Below, in pieces: positions 18,544 to 27,534 of a DNA stretch of 33,644 nt. Both the position numbers and the translations under genes were made by a program. This stretch comes from a virus (lineage: Duplodnaviria > Caudoviricetes). Where the stretch lies: positions 1 to 33,644 of the IMG/VR virus record IMGVR_UViG_3300042260_000028; one strand, written 5' to 3'. Below the pieces are notes generated by a model that did not search any database, was not told the origin of the DNA, and saw only the letters and a program-made list of their open reading frames with translations. How positions within the stretch are numbered: the first letter of the stretch is position 1; each line of letters starts with the position of its first letter.

Positions 18544-21122
18544 TGCCAACGTACACCATCAACGGACAACGAATTCGCACTGATAAGGAATTGTCAGAAG
18601 CAGAGATTGATGAAATTGCTGCTGACTTAGGTGGTGGTGCTACACAAGCTCCCATGACTGGCCCTTCAGCCATTCCCGGTCAATCCGCACCCTCTCCTGC
18701 CTTTACAGAGTTTCCTGCTAACGCACAAGAACGCATGTTGAAAAACTTGTTGTCTGGTGCTGCTGCTGTGCCTATCTTAGGAGGAGCCGCTAAAGGCTTG
18801 CAGATGGCTACTAAAGGTACTCGTGCTGCTCCTGTTACTCAAGCTATCTCTAATGTACTGACACCTAAAGGCCCTGCTGATCTTGCACGACAAACAGCGC
18901 TGAGCGCAGGAACAGGTGTAGCTGCTGGTGAAGTTGGTCAAGCTGTAGCTGAAAAAGCGGGTGAAGGCTATCGTTTACCCGCTGAGATTGTAGCAGGTCT
19001 TGGTTTAGCTATTCCTGCAAACACCTTGATGAGTTCTGCTGAGCTTGGTGTTAAAGGGTTGCTGAATAAAGCTACAGGTAAAGAGTTCTTTGACGCTACT
19101 ACACAAGCTGCTCAGACCTTTGGTAGTGCTCGTGCTGAGTCCCGCTTACGTACTGCATTACAATCTAACCCTAGCTTGTCAGATGATCTTGCCCGTGCTG
19201 CTGAGATTGAGCGCCTTACAGGTGTTAAGTTACCTGTTCCGGCTGCGTCCAAAGGCGACACTACATTAACAGGCTTGCTTGCTGCTCAGACATCCCGTGG
19301 TGAGAATGCAGCTTTTACGGCTGCTATGAAGCAACAAGAAAGGGATGCTTTAGATCAAGTACGAGAAGCACAGAAACAGTTAGCAGGTGATCCACGTAAT
19401 GCTGCATTGACAGCTGAAGTAGAAGCTAAGAAAACTGCCTATGAGAACTTCCGCCGAGAGACTGCTTATGCAATGAAGCAGGCTAACATTGAACGTCAAG
19501 TAGGAACTATTGACACACGTATTCAAGACCTTACTGCTGATGCTTTGACAACTCAAGCAGGTAAGGAAGACATTGGTAATCGTGTCACTAACTTGCTCAA
19601 TGCTCGTGAAGCTGTTATAAAGAAAGAATTTAGTCCTGAGTATGATAAGGTTCTGTCTGCTGCCTCTAAAGCTGGTGTTGAGATGGAATCTCCTGTAGTA
19701 GCTAACCTTTGGAACTTTGTTAAGCAGCGCCAAGCTGAGGATGTCTTTAATAAGTTCCCTTCTCTGGATACAGCCATTAAGCGTATCTTAGCCCCTAGTA
19801 AAGCCCCTGTCAGCAGTACCTTTGCAGCTAAGTATCCTAACTTAGTACGTTCAGTTGAAGGAACATTTAAGCCTTTGAATGTTACTGACATTGATTCTCT
19901 TAAACGTGGTATCAACCGTGCTATTGGGGATACTAAAGACCAAGATCAGTTGCGTATGCTCTACGAGCTTAAAAATAGGTTTGATGAGTCGTTAGGTACT
20001 TTACCTGAAGACTTTGTATCGGCTTATAAAGGCTTGGATAAGCAATATGCAGAGAAATTAGGTATTCCTTTTAGCGAAGCTGGTGTGGTGTCGGTTGATC
20101 GTGCTCGGTTCGTGGAATCTACTGTTCCTCTCCTGACAAGTAAGCCATCAGCTATCCGACAAATACTGACAGCAGCTGATAACTCGCCAGAAGCTGTGAA
20201 GATTGTGGAAGATGCTTTCTTGATGAAGATCAGTCAGACTAACGGCATTGTTAACCCCGGTACTATGGCTGTTAATCCTGCTGCTTTAGGTTCATTTCTG
20301 CGTAAGAATTCAGAAGCTATTGATCAAGTTCCCGGCTTACGTCAACGCTTAGAAGGTTTGTCTACAGATGTAAATGGTCTGTTGGCTAACCGTGAGCGAT
20401 TGTTAGACATACAGAAGAACGCTGCTGTAGGTAAGCTTGAGAATGTCTGGTCACGTGCTTCAGGACAACAAGGTGGCTTTGAAGGGTTTGTTAATCGTGC
20501 CTTGAATAACCCTGCTGAACTCCAGCAGTTAATGGTTGCAGCAGGTTCTGATTCTACTCTTCAACGTGGCCTTAAAGCAGTGGTGCTTGATCTTGGCTTA
20601 AAATCCTCTAACAAGTTAGGGTTCTTTGATGACAATGCAAAAGCTATCAATACTTTGTTTGGTAAGGATCATGCTGAGAACGTCAAGGCTTTATTAGAGG
20701 CTTCTGAGCGTTTGGCTAGTAACCCTGTGATGGCTAAGATTAACCAGTCGTTAACTCAGAACACACAGTTTGAACAGCTCACAGGTTCTGATCCTGTACG
20801 TGCTGCTTCCTTGTTACGTCAGCAAGTGCAAAGTAACTTCTATAAAGTCTCTACGCTTCTCAGCCGCTTCTTACAGAACAAGTCTGCCAAGTCTGAGAAT
20901 ACAGAGATCCAAGAGTTCTTATCTAATCCTAAGAACGTAAAGGATATGTCTGATGCTATCAAAGCAATGGAAGAAGGCGGTGAGAAAGGATTTCAGAAAG
21001 CTAAAGCTATTGGTGGAAAGTTAATCGGTAACGCTGCTACGGCTGCTCTTATCGGATCATCAGCTCCTGCTCGAATCATGCAGCGAGATGAAGTCATGCC
21101 TATTGAGGAGATGCCAGAATGA
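18543..21122 (+). CDS. Putative DNA ejection (internal virion) protein 3
   Basis: 859-aa Ala-rich helical protein; MPTYTINGQ start; synteny. Confidence 0.6.
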   Translation: MPTYTINGQRIRTDKELSEAEIDEIAADLGGGATQAPMTGPSAIPGQSAPSPAFTEFPANAQERMLKNLLSGAAAVPILGGAAKGLQMATKGTRAAPVTQAISNVLTPKGPADLARQTALSAGTGVAAGEVGQAVAEKAGEGYRLPAEIVAGLGLAIPANTLMSSAELGVKGLLNKATGKEFFDATTQAAQTFGSARAESRLRTALQSNPSLSDDLARAAEIERLTGVKLPVPAASKGDTTLTGLLAAQTSRGENAAFTAAMKQQERDALDQVREAQKQLAGDPRNAALTAEVEAKKTAYENFRRETAYAMKQANIERQVGTIDTRIQDLTADALTTQAGKEDIGNRVTNLLNAREAVIKKEFSPEYDKVLSAASKAGVEMESPVVANLWNFVKQRQAEDVFNKFPSLDTAIKRILAPSKAPVSSTFAAKYPNLVRSVEGTFKPLNVTDIDSLKRGINRAIGDTKDQDQLRMLYELKNRFDESLGTLPEDFVSAYKGLDKQYAEKLGIPFSEAGVVSVDRARFVESTVPLLTSKPSAIRQILTAADNSPEAVKIVEDAFLMKISQTNGIVNPGTMAVNPAALGSFLRKNSEAIDQVPGLRQRLEGLSTDVNGLLANRERLLDIQKNAAVGKLENVWSRASGQQGGFEGFVNRALNNPAELQQLMVAAGSDSTLQRGLKAVVLDLGLKSSNKLGFFDDNAKAINTLFGKDHAENVKALLEASERLASNPVMAKINQSLTQNTQFEQLTGSDPVRAASLLRQQVQSNFYKVSTLLSRFLQNKSAKSENTEIQEFLSNPKNVKDMSDAIKAMEEGGEKGFQKAKAIGGKLIGNAATAALIGSSAPARIMQRDEVMPIEEMPE

Positions 21123-21502
21123 CATACGCATATGGAACTAAGAGTGCTGAGCGATTAGCACAGGTTCATCCTGACCTACAGAAGGTCTTCAACGAGGCTA
21201 TCAAAGAGTCTCCTTTGGACTTCTCCATCACTGAAGGCTTACGCACACGAGAGCGCCAGAAGGCTCTCTTTGATGCAGGTAAGTCTCAGACGATGAACAG
21301 TAGACACCTAACAGGTAAAGCTGTGGACATTGCTGTGATTCGTGAAGGTGAAGTTACATGGGACTTTAAGTATTACCAACTAGTCGCTGATCATATCAAG
21401 AAAGTAGCCAAAGAGCTAGAGATTGATCTGGTGTGGGGAGGTGATTGGCAGTCCTTTAAAGATGGGCCTCACTTTGAACTACATCGTAGTGTGTACCCAT
21501 GA
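21119..21502 (+). CDS. Endolysin, M15 family L-Ala-D-Glu peptidase (T5 lys-like)
   Basis: EGLRTRERQ, SRHLTGKAVD and WGGDW..FKDGPHFEL zinc peptidase motifs. Confidence 0.92.
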   Translation: MTYAYGTKSAERLAQVHPDLQKVFNEAIKESPLDFSITEGLRTRERQKALFDAGKSQTMNSRHLTGKAVDIAVIREGEVTWDFKYYQLVADHIKKVAKELEIDLVWGGDWQSFKDGPHFELHRSVYP

Positions 21503-21516
21503 ACGGAGTGAACTAA

Positions 21517-21984
21517 ATGATTGATCCTATCACCGCTTTTGCAACTGCACAGGCAGCTATTAAGGGTGTGCAGGCGGCTATCAAGATGGGTAAGGATATT
21601 CAGGCTGTGTCTAAGGACATCATGAAGTTCTTTGATGCTAAGGATGTGGTTGTGAAAGCAGCCACTAAGTCTAAGAATAGCAAGGGACGATCAGATACTT
21701 CTATGGCATTAGAGACAGCTATGAATGCCAAGGCTCTGGTAGATGCTGAGAATGAACTTAAAGAGTTATTGATCTACTCAGGTAACGGTGATGTGTGGAA
21801 TGCTCTCTTAGTCGAACGTAATGCTATTGCAGCAAGACGTAAGGCAGAAGCGCTAGAAGCTCGTAGGGCATCTGCTAGAACTAAAGCTAGAATGATTAAA
21901 GCTGCTGAGATCTTCCTGATCATCATCTTTATCCTCCTCGTAGCTTCTCTGACCCTTGCAGGGATTGTATTATATTTAAAATAA
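21517..21984 (+). CDS. Membrane-anchored hypothetical protein in the lysis cassette
   Basis: Basic coiled-coil followed by a C-terminal hydrophobic helix IFLIIIFILLVASLTLAGIVLYL. Confidence 0.7.
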   Translation: MIDPITAFATAQAAIKGVQAAIKMGKDIQAVSKDIMKFFDAKDVVVKAATKSKNSKGRSDTSMALETAMNAKALVDAENELKELLIYSGNGDVWNALLVERNAIAARRKAEALEARRASARTKARMIKAAEIFLIIIFILLVASLTLAGIVLYLK

Positions 21985-21992
21985 GGTAGTGT

Positions 21993-22406
21993 ATGATACT
22001 AGAATCATTGTTAGGTATCGGAAGTAAGCTGATTGACAAGCTTATTCCTGATCCTTCTCAGAAAGCAGACGCACAGTTAAGGCTGGCTGAATTAGTACAG
22101 AACGGTGAATTAGCTAAGATGGCTAACGAGACTGATCTGTATAAGACAGAACAGAATAACCTTACAGACCGTCAGCAAGCAGATATGTCCAGTGACTCTT
22201 GGTTGTCCAAGAACATTAGGCCAATGACCCTTGTGGCTATCTTCTTAGGTTACTTTACCTTTGGTATCATGGATGCTAACGGTGTACGTGCTAACGAAAC
22301 ATACGTTCAGTTACTTGGTCAGTGGGGTATGCTCGTGATGTCCTTCTACTTCGGTGGACGCACATTAGAGAAGATCATGGAGATGAAGTCAGGGAAGAAA
22401 GAGTGA
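21993..22406 (+). CDS. Holin (3TM/GTA-holin-like)
   Basis: DSWLSKNIRP and FYFGGRTLEK motifs flanking two hydrophobic helices. Confidence 0.75.
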   Translation: MILESLLGIGSKLIDKLIPDPSQKADAQLRLAELVQNGELAKMANETDLYKTEQNNLTDRQQADMSSDSWLSKNIRPMTLVAIFLGYFTFGIMDANGVRANETYVQLLGQWGMLVMSFYFGGRTLEKIMEMKSGKKE

Positions 22407-22407
22407 T

Positions 22408-22635
22408 ATGCACAAGCAAGAAGTCACCCATGAAGAAATCTATGAGCGATTGTGCAAGGTAGAAGAGAAGGTAGACAAAGTAGCTTCAGACACTGAAGGT
22501 ATGGTGTCAGCATTCCACGCTGCTCAAGGAGCCTTCACAGTCCTTGATTGGATCGCTAAGGTAGCTAAACCTATCCTATGGGTTGTCGCAACAGTAACTG
22601 CTGTAGTGACTATTCTCCATAACGTTAAACAGTAA
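22408..22635 (+). CDS. Small membrane protein (holin/antiholin-like)
   Basis: N-terminal coiled coil ERLCKVEEKVDKV and a C-terminal hydrophobic helix; last gene before the terminator. Confidence 0.6.
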   Translation: MHKQEVTHEEIYERLCKVEEKVDKVASDTEGMVSAFHAAQGAFTVLDWIAKVAKPILWVVATVTAVVTILHNVKQ

Positions 22636-22641
22636 CAATGC

Positions 22642-22679
22642 AAAAGGCCACTAGAGCGATGAACTCTAGTGGCCTTTTT
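22642..22679. terminator. Bidirectional rho-independent terminator between the converging arms
   Basis: Perfect 15-bp inverted repeat aaaaggccactagag/ctctagtggcctttt with a 7-nt loop and A and T tails, between stops at 22635 (+) and 22683 (-). Confidence 0.92.
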
Positions 22680-22682
22680 CGT

Positions 22683-23315
22683 TTACTCTACAGGTTCTGC
22701 CTTCTTGACCTTCTTAGGCTTAGGCGGCATCTGAAGAGACTCCAGATACTTGTAACGCTTACCCATGCGTCTGACAGCCTCTTCAGCATCAAACCAATAC
22801 TCCTTACCATTCTTCAGTTCCTCAAGCTCCTTATCGGTCAAGAATCCTTTGTAGGCTTGGTCGAGTAGCTTGTTGATCTGTCGTGTAGCAAAGTCAGTCT
22901 GTCCTTTGACATTCGGCACAGTACCGATGGAACCATAATGAGCAGTATGTAGCATAAACTCAGCACTGTCAGCAATATAACACTCAGGAGCCATACAAGC
23001 CAACATACTAGCTGCTGAGTACGCAGCACCAATAACCGTAACAGATACATCACCTCGACATCCTTTCATTGCTTCGATGATCTGCCAGATACTGTCTGTG
23101 CGTCCACCTGAGCTATTTACCAATAGATTAACTGAATCATTCTCACCACATGTAGCCAAGCAGTGGATAACATCACGATAGTTACTAGGCTCCCTGATGT
23201 CATCATCAATGAACACCAAGTGAGTATTCATCTGCTGAGTGATAGTACGGATAAGACCCTTCTGCTCTGGCATCATCATCATTAGTTCTTCAATACCTTC
23301 GTTAGCTTTAGCCAT
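22683..23315 (-). CDS. ClpP-like serine protease
   Basis: VNSSGG, GAAYSAAS (catalytic Ser), FMLH (catalytic His), YWFDAEEA. Confidence 0.8.
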   Translation of the reverse strand: MAKANEGIEELMMMMPEQKGLIRTITQQMNTHLVFIDDDIREPSNYRDVIHCLATCGENDSVNLLVNSSGGRTDSIWQIIEAMKGCRGDVSVTVIGAAYSAASMLACMAPECYIADSAEFMLHTAHYGSIGTVPNVKGQTDFATRQINKLLDQAYKGFLTDKELEELKNGKEYWFDAEEAVRRMGKRYKYLESLQMPPKPKKVKKAEPVE

Positions 23316-24061
23316 TATTCACCATCCTCATATTTGACACGGGCAATGATATAGTTCTTAACCAACGAGCTACGAACAATATCCTCGATGTGGAACTCGA
23401 CACGTACAAACTCTTTCATCTTTGCAGCAATGTCAAAGAACTTCAACAGTCCACTCTTGTCATCCTTCTTCTTCAGGTCAGTCTGTCGGTAGTCACCACA
23501 GAAGATAATCTTGGACTTGTCACCAACACGAGTGATGATGGTATCAAGCTCCTCGAAGGTCATGTTCTGTACCTCATCCACGACAATGATACTGTTAGAG
23601 AAGGTAGTACCTCGAATGAACGAGGTAGATACGAACTCAATGTGTCCTTGTTCTACCAGTCGATCCCAAGCATCCTTACGCTTGAACAGGTCACTACAGA
23701 TCTGACGATAAGGCTGAATGTAAACCTCCATCTTCTCATCTGCATCTCCCGGCAAGAAACCCATATCACGACCTTGAACGCTGCTACGGATAACTGTAAC
23801 CTTGTTAAAGGGGTTGTTACGATCCATAGCCTCTTCCAAGGCTTTGTACAAGGCAATGTATGTCTTACCTGTACCTGCTACACCATGCAAGGCCATGAAG
23901 TAGTTACTGGCCTGATACGCCTCAAAGAAGTCCATCTGCTTCTCAGTCTTAGGCTTGATGACAGTCATATCATCTAGCTTCAACTTCAAGCTGTTGCTCA
24001 CCTTCTCTCGTGGAGTTAGTTCCTTAGCTGGAATAGCTCGGTTCATTGGTTTACTTGCCAT
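23315..24061 (-). CDS. phoH: PhoH family ATPase
   Basis: GVAGTGKT, MGFLPG, FIRGTTF, VDEVQN, TRVG and GDYRQTD motifs. Confidence 0.93.
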   Translation of the reverse strand: MASKPMNRAIPAKELTPREKVSNSLKLKLDDMTVIKPKTEKQMDFFEAYQASNYFMALHGVAGTGKTYIALYKALEEAMDRNNPFNKVTVIRSSVQGRDMGFLPGDADEKMEVYIQPYRQICSDLFKRKDAWDRLVEQGHIEFVSTSFIRGTTFSNSIIVVDEVQNMTFEELDTIITRVGDKSKIIFCGDYRQTDLKKKDDKSGLLKFFDIAAKMKEFVRVEFHIEDIVRSSLVKNYIIARVKYEDGE

Positions 24062-24071
24062 ATTCTCCCTT

Positions 24072-24257
24072 TTACTCTTCGTTTACAAACACTAGATGAG
24101 GCATTGAACGTACCTGTGGAAACCTCTCAAGGAAGTCCTCACGGGATAGGTCAACACCTACTACGATCTCTGTAAAGGACTCGCCATCCTTGTTCAGGCG
24201 AGCCTTCAGAGCCGTACATGCAGGGCAATTCTCCTTGCTATACACCTCAATCTTCAT
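24072..24257 (-). CDS. Glutaredoxin
   Basis: MKIEVYSKENCPAC...RSMP; start set at ATG 24257 behind RBS aggag; adjacent to RNR. Confidence 0.85.
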   Translation of the reverse strand: MKIEVYSKENCPACTALKARLNKDGESFTEIVVGVDLSREDFLERFPQVRSMPHLVFVNEE

Positions 24258-24268
24258 ATTACTCCTAA

Positions 24269-25981
24269 TTATGCATGGCAGGCAACACACTCACCACTAC
24301 TGGCACTGACACCAGCTTTGGTACGAATATAATACAGACTCAAGATACGAGGATCTTTAAATGCTGCCTTGTGGACAGAACTAATGTACTCCTCTGGATC
24401 ATCTGCACCGAAGAACAGATTGATGGATTGACCTTGGCAGATATACCGCTGACGATCAGATGCTTGGTTCAAGATGACATAAGGATCAATCTCAAAGGCT
24501 GTCAAAAACACTTCCTTCTCCTCTGGAGTCATCCATGTCACATGCTGGACGGAACCATCGTGACTTGCAATCTCAAGCAATGTCTCACGACTGTACACAC
24601 CTTCACGCTTCATGATCTCTAAGAGTTCTGGAACAACTCGGATTGTTTCTCCTCCTGCTCCTTGTTGTACGAATACATTTCCGATAAATGGCTCAATACC
24701 TTGAGATACCCCGCCCATAAGCTGACTTGTTGACATGGTGGGTGCGACAGCAAGGCGATGTGTATTGCGAATTCCATATCCTTTGCAGTACTCAGGCTCT
24801 CCAAGTTGTTCTGCAAGATACCCGCTTGCCGCTGCTGACTTCTTGTTAAGGTCATTGAAAATCTCCACATTAAGTTTCTGAGCTTGGAAGCTCTCAAAAG
24901 GAATCATCTTCTTGTGGAGCAATGAGTGCCACCCTAAGACTCCTAACCCAAGCGCACGGCTCTTTTCAGTACTCGCCAGCGCCTTTTCAAAGCCTCTTTT
25001 GCCAGCAGCCATTGACAGGAACTCACTAGTAACACAATCGAGAAATACTGTCGCAACATACGCAGCATCGGTGTCTTTCCACTCATCATACTTCTCCAAG
25101 TTCATACTTGCCAAGATGCAAGTGAATGTTTCATCTTCGCCACTATGCAGCATAATCTCAGTACACAGGTTAGATGCCTTAACATCCAATCCATGCTCCT
25201 TATACGTATCAGGACGAGCAGCTGCTACTTTGTCTGTGAACAGGAAGTAACCCTTACCTGTCAACATCTTCAGCTTAAGTGCCTTCTGATAACGCTCGAT
25301 AGCTTCAGGATGTCCGCTGTCCAATGACTCCATGAATTCATTACTGATAGTCCATCCTACGTTAGCATCATCAGGGTTATTCTTTACCCAATCAGCTAAC
25401 TCGTTAAAGTCAGGATGATCAATAGGTAAGTAACCTGCCCAAGCTCCTCGCCGAGCAACCCCTTGAGTCACTCGCTTCATAGCATCTACATAGGTTTGAA
25501 AGACTGGTAAGACTCCCGAAGCTGTGCCACCAGTGGCGATTTGCGAACCCCTTGGTCGAATGTCGCCCAAATATCCGCTAGTACCAAAGCCATTTTTAGT
25601 GAGCACAGCAGTGTCCAGTAGCTCACCATAGAAGTCAGCGACAGAATCACCAATGTATTGACCGCTACAAGCCACAGGCATGCCTTTAGAGGTTCCAAGG
25701 TTAGCCAGCGTAGGAGTCGAAGGACTAAGCCAACCATTCCAGATAACTTCAAAGAACTTAGCATACCAATCTACTCCATCCTTAGGTGCATGTTTAGCTG
25801 CCGTAGCAGCGATCTGTTCTACACGATTCTTAAAGCTCGTAGAGCCTTCCATGTACTTACTCTTGAACAGTCCCCATCCTCCGGTCTGATACCAATGTGG
25901 TAGCAGTCCTTGCTGTTGCAGACGCTTACGCTCCGCACTCAGGAACTCATACTTGTTGTCCAATACAGGTGTACTTACCAT
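24269..25981 (-). CDS. nrdA: Class I ribonucleotide reductase alpha subunit (no ATP cone)
   Basis: PVAC, SNLCTEI, FTCILAS, APTMS, SLYY radical-transfer tyrosines, C-terminal CVAC. Confidence 0.93.
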   Translation of the reverse strand: MVSTPVLDNKYEFLSAERKRLQQQGLLPHWYQTGGWGLFKSKYMEGSTSFKNRVEQIAATAAKHAPKDGVDWYAKFFEVIWNGWLSPSTPTLANLGTSKGMPVACSGQYIGDSVADFYGELLDTAVLTKNGFGTSGYLGDIRPRGSQIATGGTASGVLPVFQTYVDAMKRVTQGVARRGAWAGYLPIDHPDFNELADWVKNNPDDANVGWTISNEFMESLDSGHPEAIERYQKALKLKMLTGKGYFLFTDKVAAARPDTYKEHGLDVKASNLCTEIMLHSGEDETFTCILASMNLEKYDEWKDTDAAYVATVFLDCVTSEFLSMAAGKRGFEKALASTEKSRALGLGVLGWHSLLHKKMIPFESFQAQKLNVEIFNDLNKKSAAASGYLAEQLGEPEYCKGYGIRNTHRLAVAPTMSTSQLMGGVSQGIEPFIGNVFVQQGAGGETIRVVPELLEIMKREGVYSRETLLEIASHDGSVQHVTWMTPEEKEVFLTAFEIDPYVILNQASDRQRYICQGQSINLFFGADDPEEYISSVHKAAFKDPRILSLYYIRTKAGVSASSGECVACHA

Positions 25982-26931
25982 ACAAAGCCCTTTTCATTCC
26001 ACTTACGATTATACTGATTGCCCACCTTGGCGAAGAAGTCATGGATAGTACTGGAGCTGATGCCCAAGTAGAACCACTCAGAGATTGTATCACCATCTTC
26101 TTCGAACACAGCATCAAAGCCTAAGTTAGTCAAACAGATGTTAGCCCGTGCATTAACGAAGGCTTTCATAGCTGTAGGATTGATACCTTCAATGTCTCCT
26201 TGAGAGAACAACAGGTCAACAATACGGTGCTCATGATCAACCAATGCTCGTGCTGCCTCAGTTACTCGCTGCTGCATCCATGCCTTGTCCAATCGGTTCT
26301 CTTCCATGTATGTACGGAACAGCCAAGCTCCACCTTCGTGGTGAATGTTCTCATCACGTACAGAGAAGTTGATACCTGCTACAAGATTACTCAGCTTGTT
26401 CTTACCGTTACTCTGGAAGTGCTTCAGGAAAGCAAAGCTAGAGTACAGGACACAACCTTCCATCATGCTGAAGACAGCAAGACTCAACGGGATGTCATTG
26501 CCATCAACGATGTGATCAAGATAGTGGATGCGGGATGCCAATACAGGATCGTACTGCCAAGACTGATGGAATTCCTCTGTAGCCAAGCCAAGGAGTTCAT
26601 TGATCCGGTTGTAGAATCGAGCATGTACATTACTTTCAAAGTAACAGAAGGCATCAGCCATCAAGCCAATATCAGGGTGCTGGAAAGTAGGTTTAACAGT
26701 ACCAGACCAATACTCATCACCCACAATACGTTCGTACTTCGTGAAGAGTTTAAGTGCAGTAGTAACACCATGCCGTTCAGCAGGAGTAAAGTCGGTAAGA
26801 ATTGAGTGTACATCTTTCTCCAGATCAATCTCATCAAACGTCCAGAATACACCGTTCTGTTTATCTGCAAAGGCCAGAGCCTCTGGATAGTCGAAGGTAT
26901 ATGCTGTCTTCTTTGTTAATAGGTTTCTCAT
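25975..26931 (-). CDS. nrdB: Class I ribonucleotide reductase beta subunit
   Basis: FWTFDEI, ESNVHARFY, EGCVLYSSF, RDENIH, DFF...Y motifs of the ferritin-like R2 fold. Confidence 0.92.
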   Translation of the reverse strand: MRNLLTKKTAYTFDYPEALAFADKQNGVFWTFDEIDLEKDVHSILTDFTPAERHGVTTALKLFTKYERIVGDEYWSGTVKPTFQHPDIGLMADAFCYFESNVHARFYNRINELLGLATEEFHQSWQYDPVLASRIHYLDHIVDGNDIPLSLAVFSMMEGCVLYSSFAFLKHFQSNGKNKLSNLVAGINFSVRDENIHHEGGAWLFRTYMEENRLDKAWMQQRVTEAARALVDHEHRIVDLLFSQGDIEGINPTAMKAFVNARANICLTNLGFDAVFEEDGDTISEWFYLGISSSTIHDFFAKVGNQYNRKWNEKGFVW

Positions 26932-27083
26932 TCAATCTCTTTCAATAATTGTTCTTGTTTATCTTCAATGAAATCCTCAAAGCGCTCAATGATGTCATCA
27001 CTGCGAATGTCTAGCAACTCCAGCAGCGTGACTTCATCAACTCGTTGAAGCTTCTCCTTAAGCTCTTCAAACGTGATGTTCAT
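26928..27083 (-). CDS. Small acidic hypothetical protein, not in the ORF track
   Basis: MNITFEELKEKLQRVDEVTLLELLDIRSDDIIERFEDFIEDKQEQLLKEIE (51 aa); fills the gap exactly, with an ATGA overlap onto the nrdB start. Confidence 0.75.
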   Translation of the reverse strand: MNITFEELKEKLQRVDEVTLLELLDIRSDDIIERFEDFIEDKQEQLLKEIE

Positions 27084-27534
27084 AACTATCAATCAACTTA
27101 TCCAGATACCAGCGAGCTTTCTTCAAGTCCTCAACACCGTTCTTGTCCATGAAGCGCATCAAGTACTGCATCATCTGGGTGTAATCTGAGTCAAACATGG
27201 GTGTCATCTCCCAATCAGGAACTTTACGATCTGTTGACATCTTTACCTTCCACACCAGCTTTTCAATAACATCACGTACCTCAATACCCTGCTCTTCAAA
27301 GAGCATGTAATGTTTAGGTTTCTCCACCACATTATACTGAGGATCAGGAACATCATTACGCTGAGCAAACCAAGCCTTGATAGCTTCTGTCAATGGTTTA
27401 TCAGTGTACGGACGATCTACCGGATAGGCATCCTTAGTCACCCAATTAGAGTACCCTGAACAACTCGCACAGGGTGCTTCTAAGTCCTTATCGAAGGCAG
27501 AGTAGAAGCAAGAATCACACTTATTCGCCGCCAT
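27067..27534 (-). CDS. DUF3310 (T7 gp1.7/SaV-like) domain protein with N-terminal CxxC...CxxC
   Basis: VEKPKHY, IEVRDVI and YLMRFMDKNGVEDLKKARWYL motifs. Confidence 0.75.
   Translation of the reverse strand: MAANKCDSCFYSAFDKDLEAPCASCSGYSNWVTKDAYPVDRPYTDKPLTEAIKAWFAQRNDVPDPQYNVVEKPKHYMLFEEQGIEVRDVIEKLVWKVKMSTDRKVPDWEMTPMFDSDYTQMMQYLMRFMDKNGVEDLKKARWYLDKLIDSYEHHV

Noticed and set aside
22638-22868. 76-aa plus-strand ORF
   Set aside because: It crosses the bidirectional terminator and is antisense to the ClpP-like gene.
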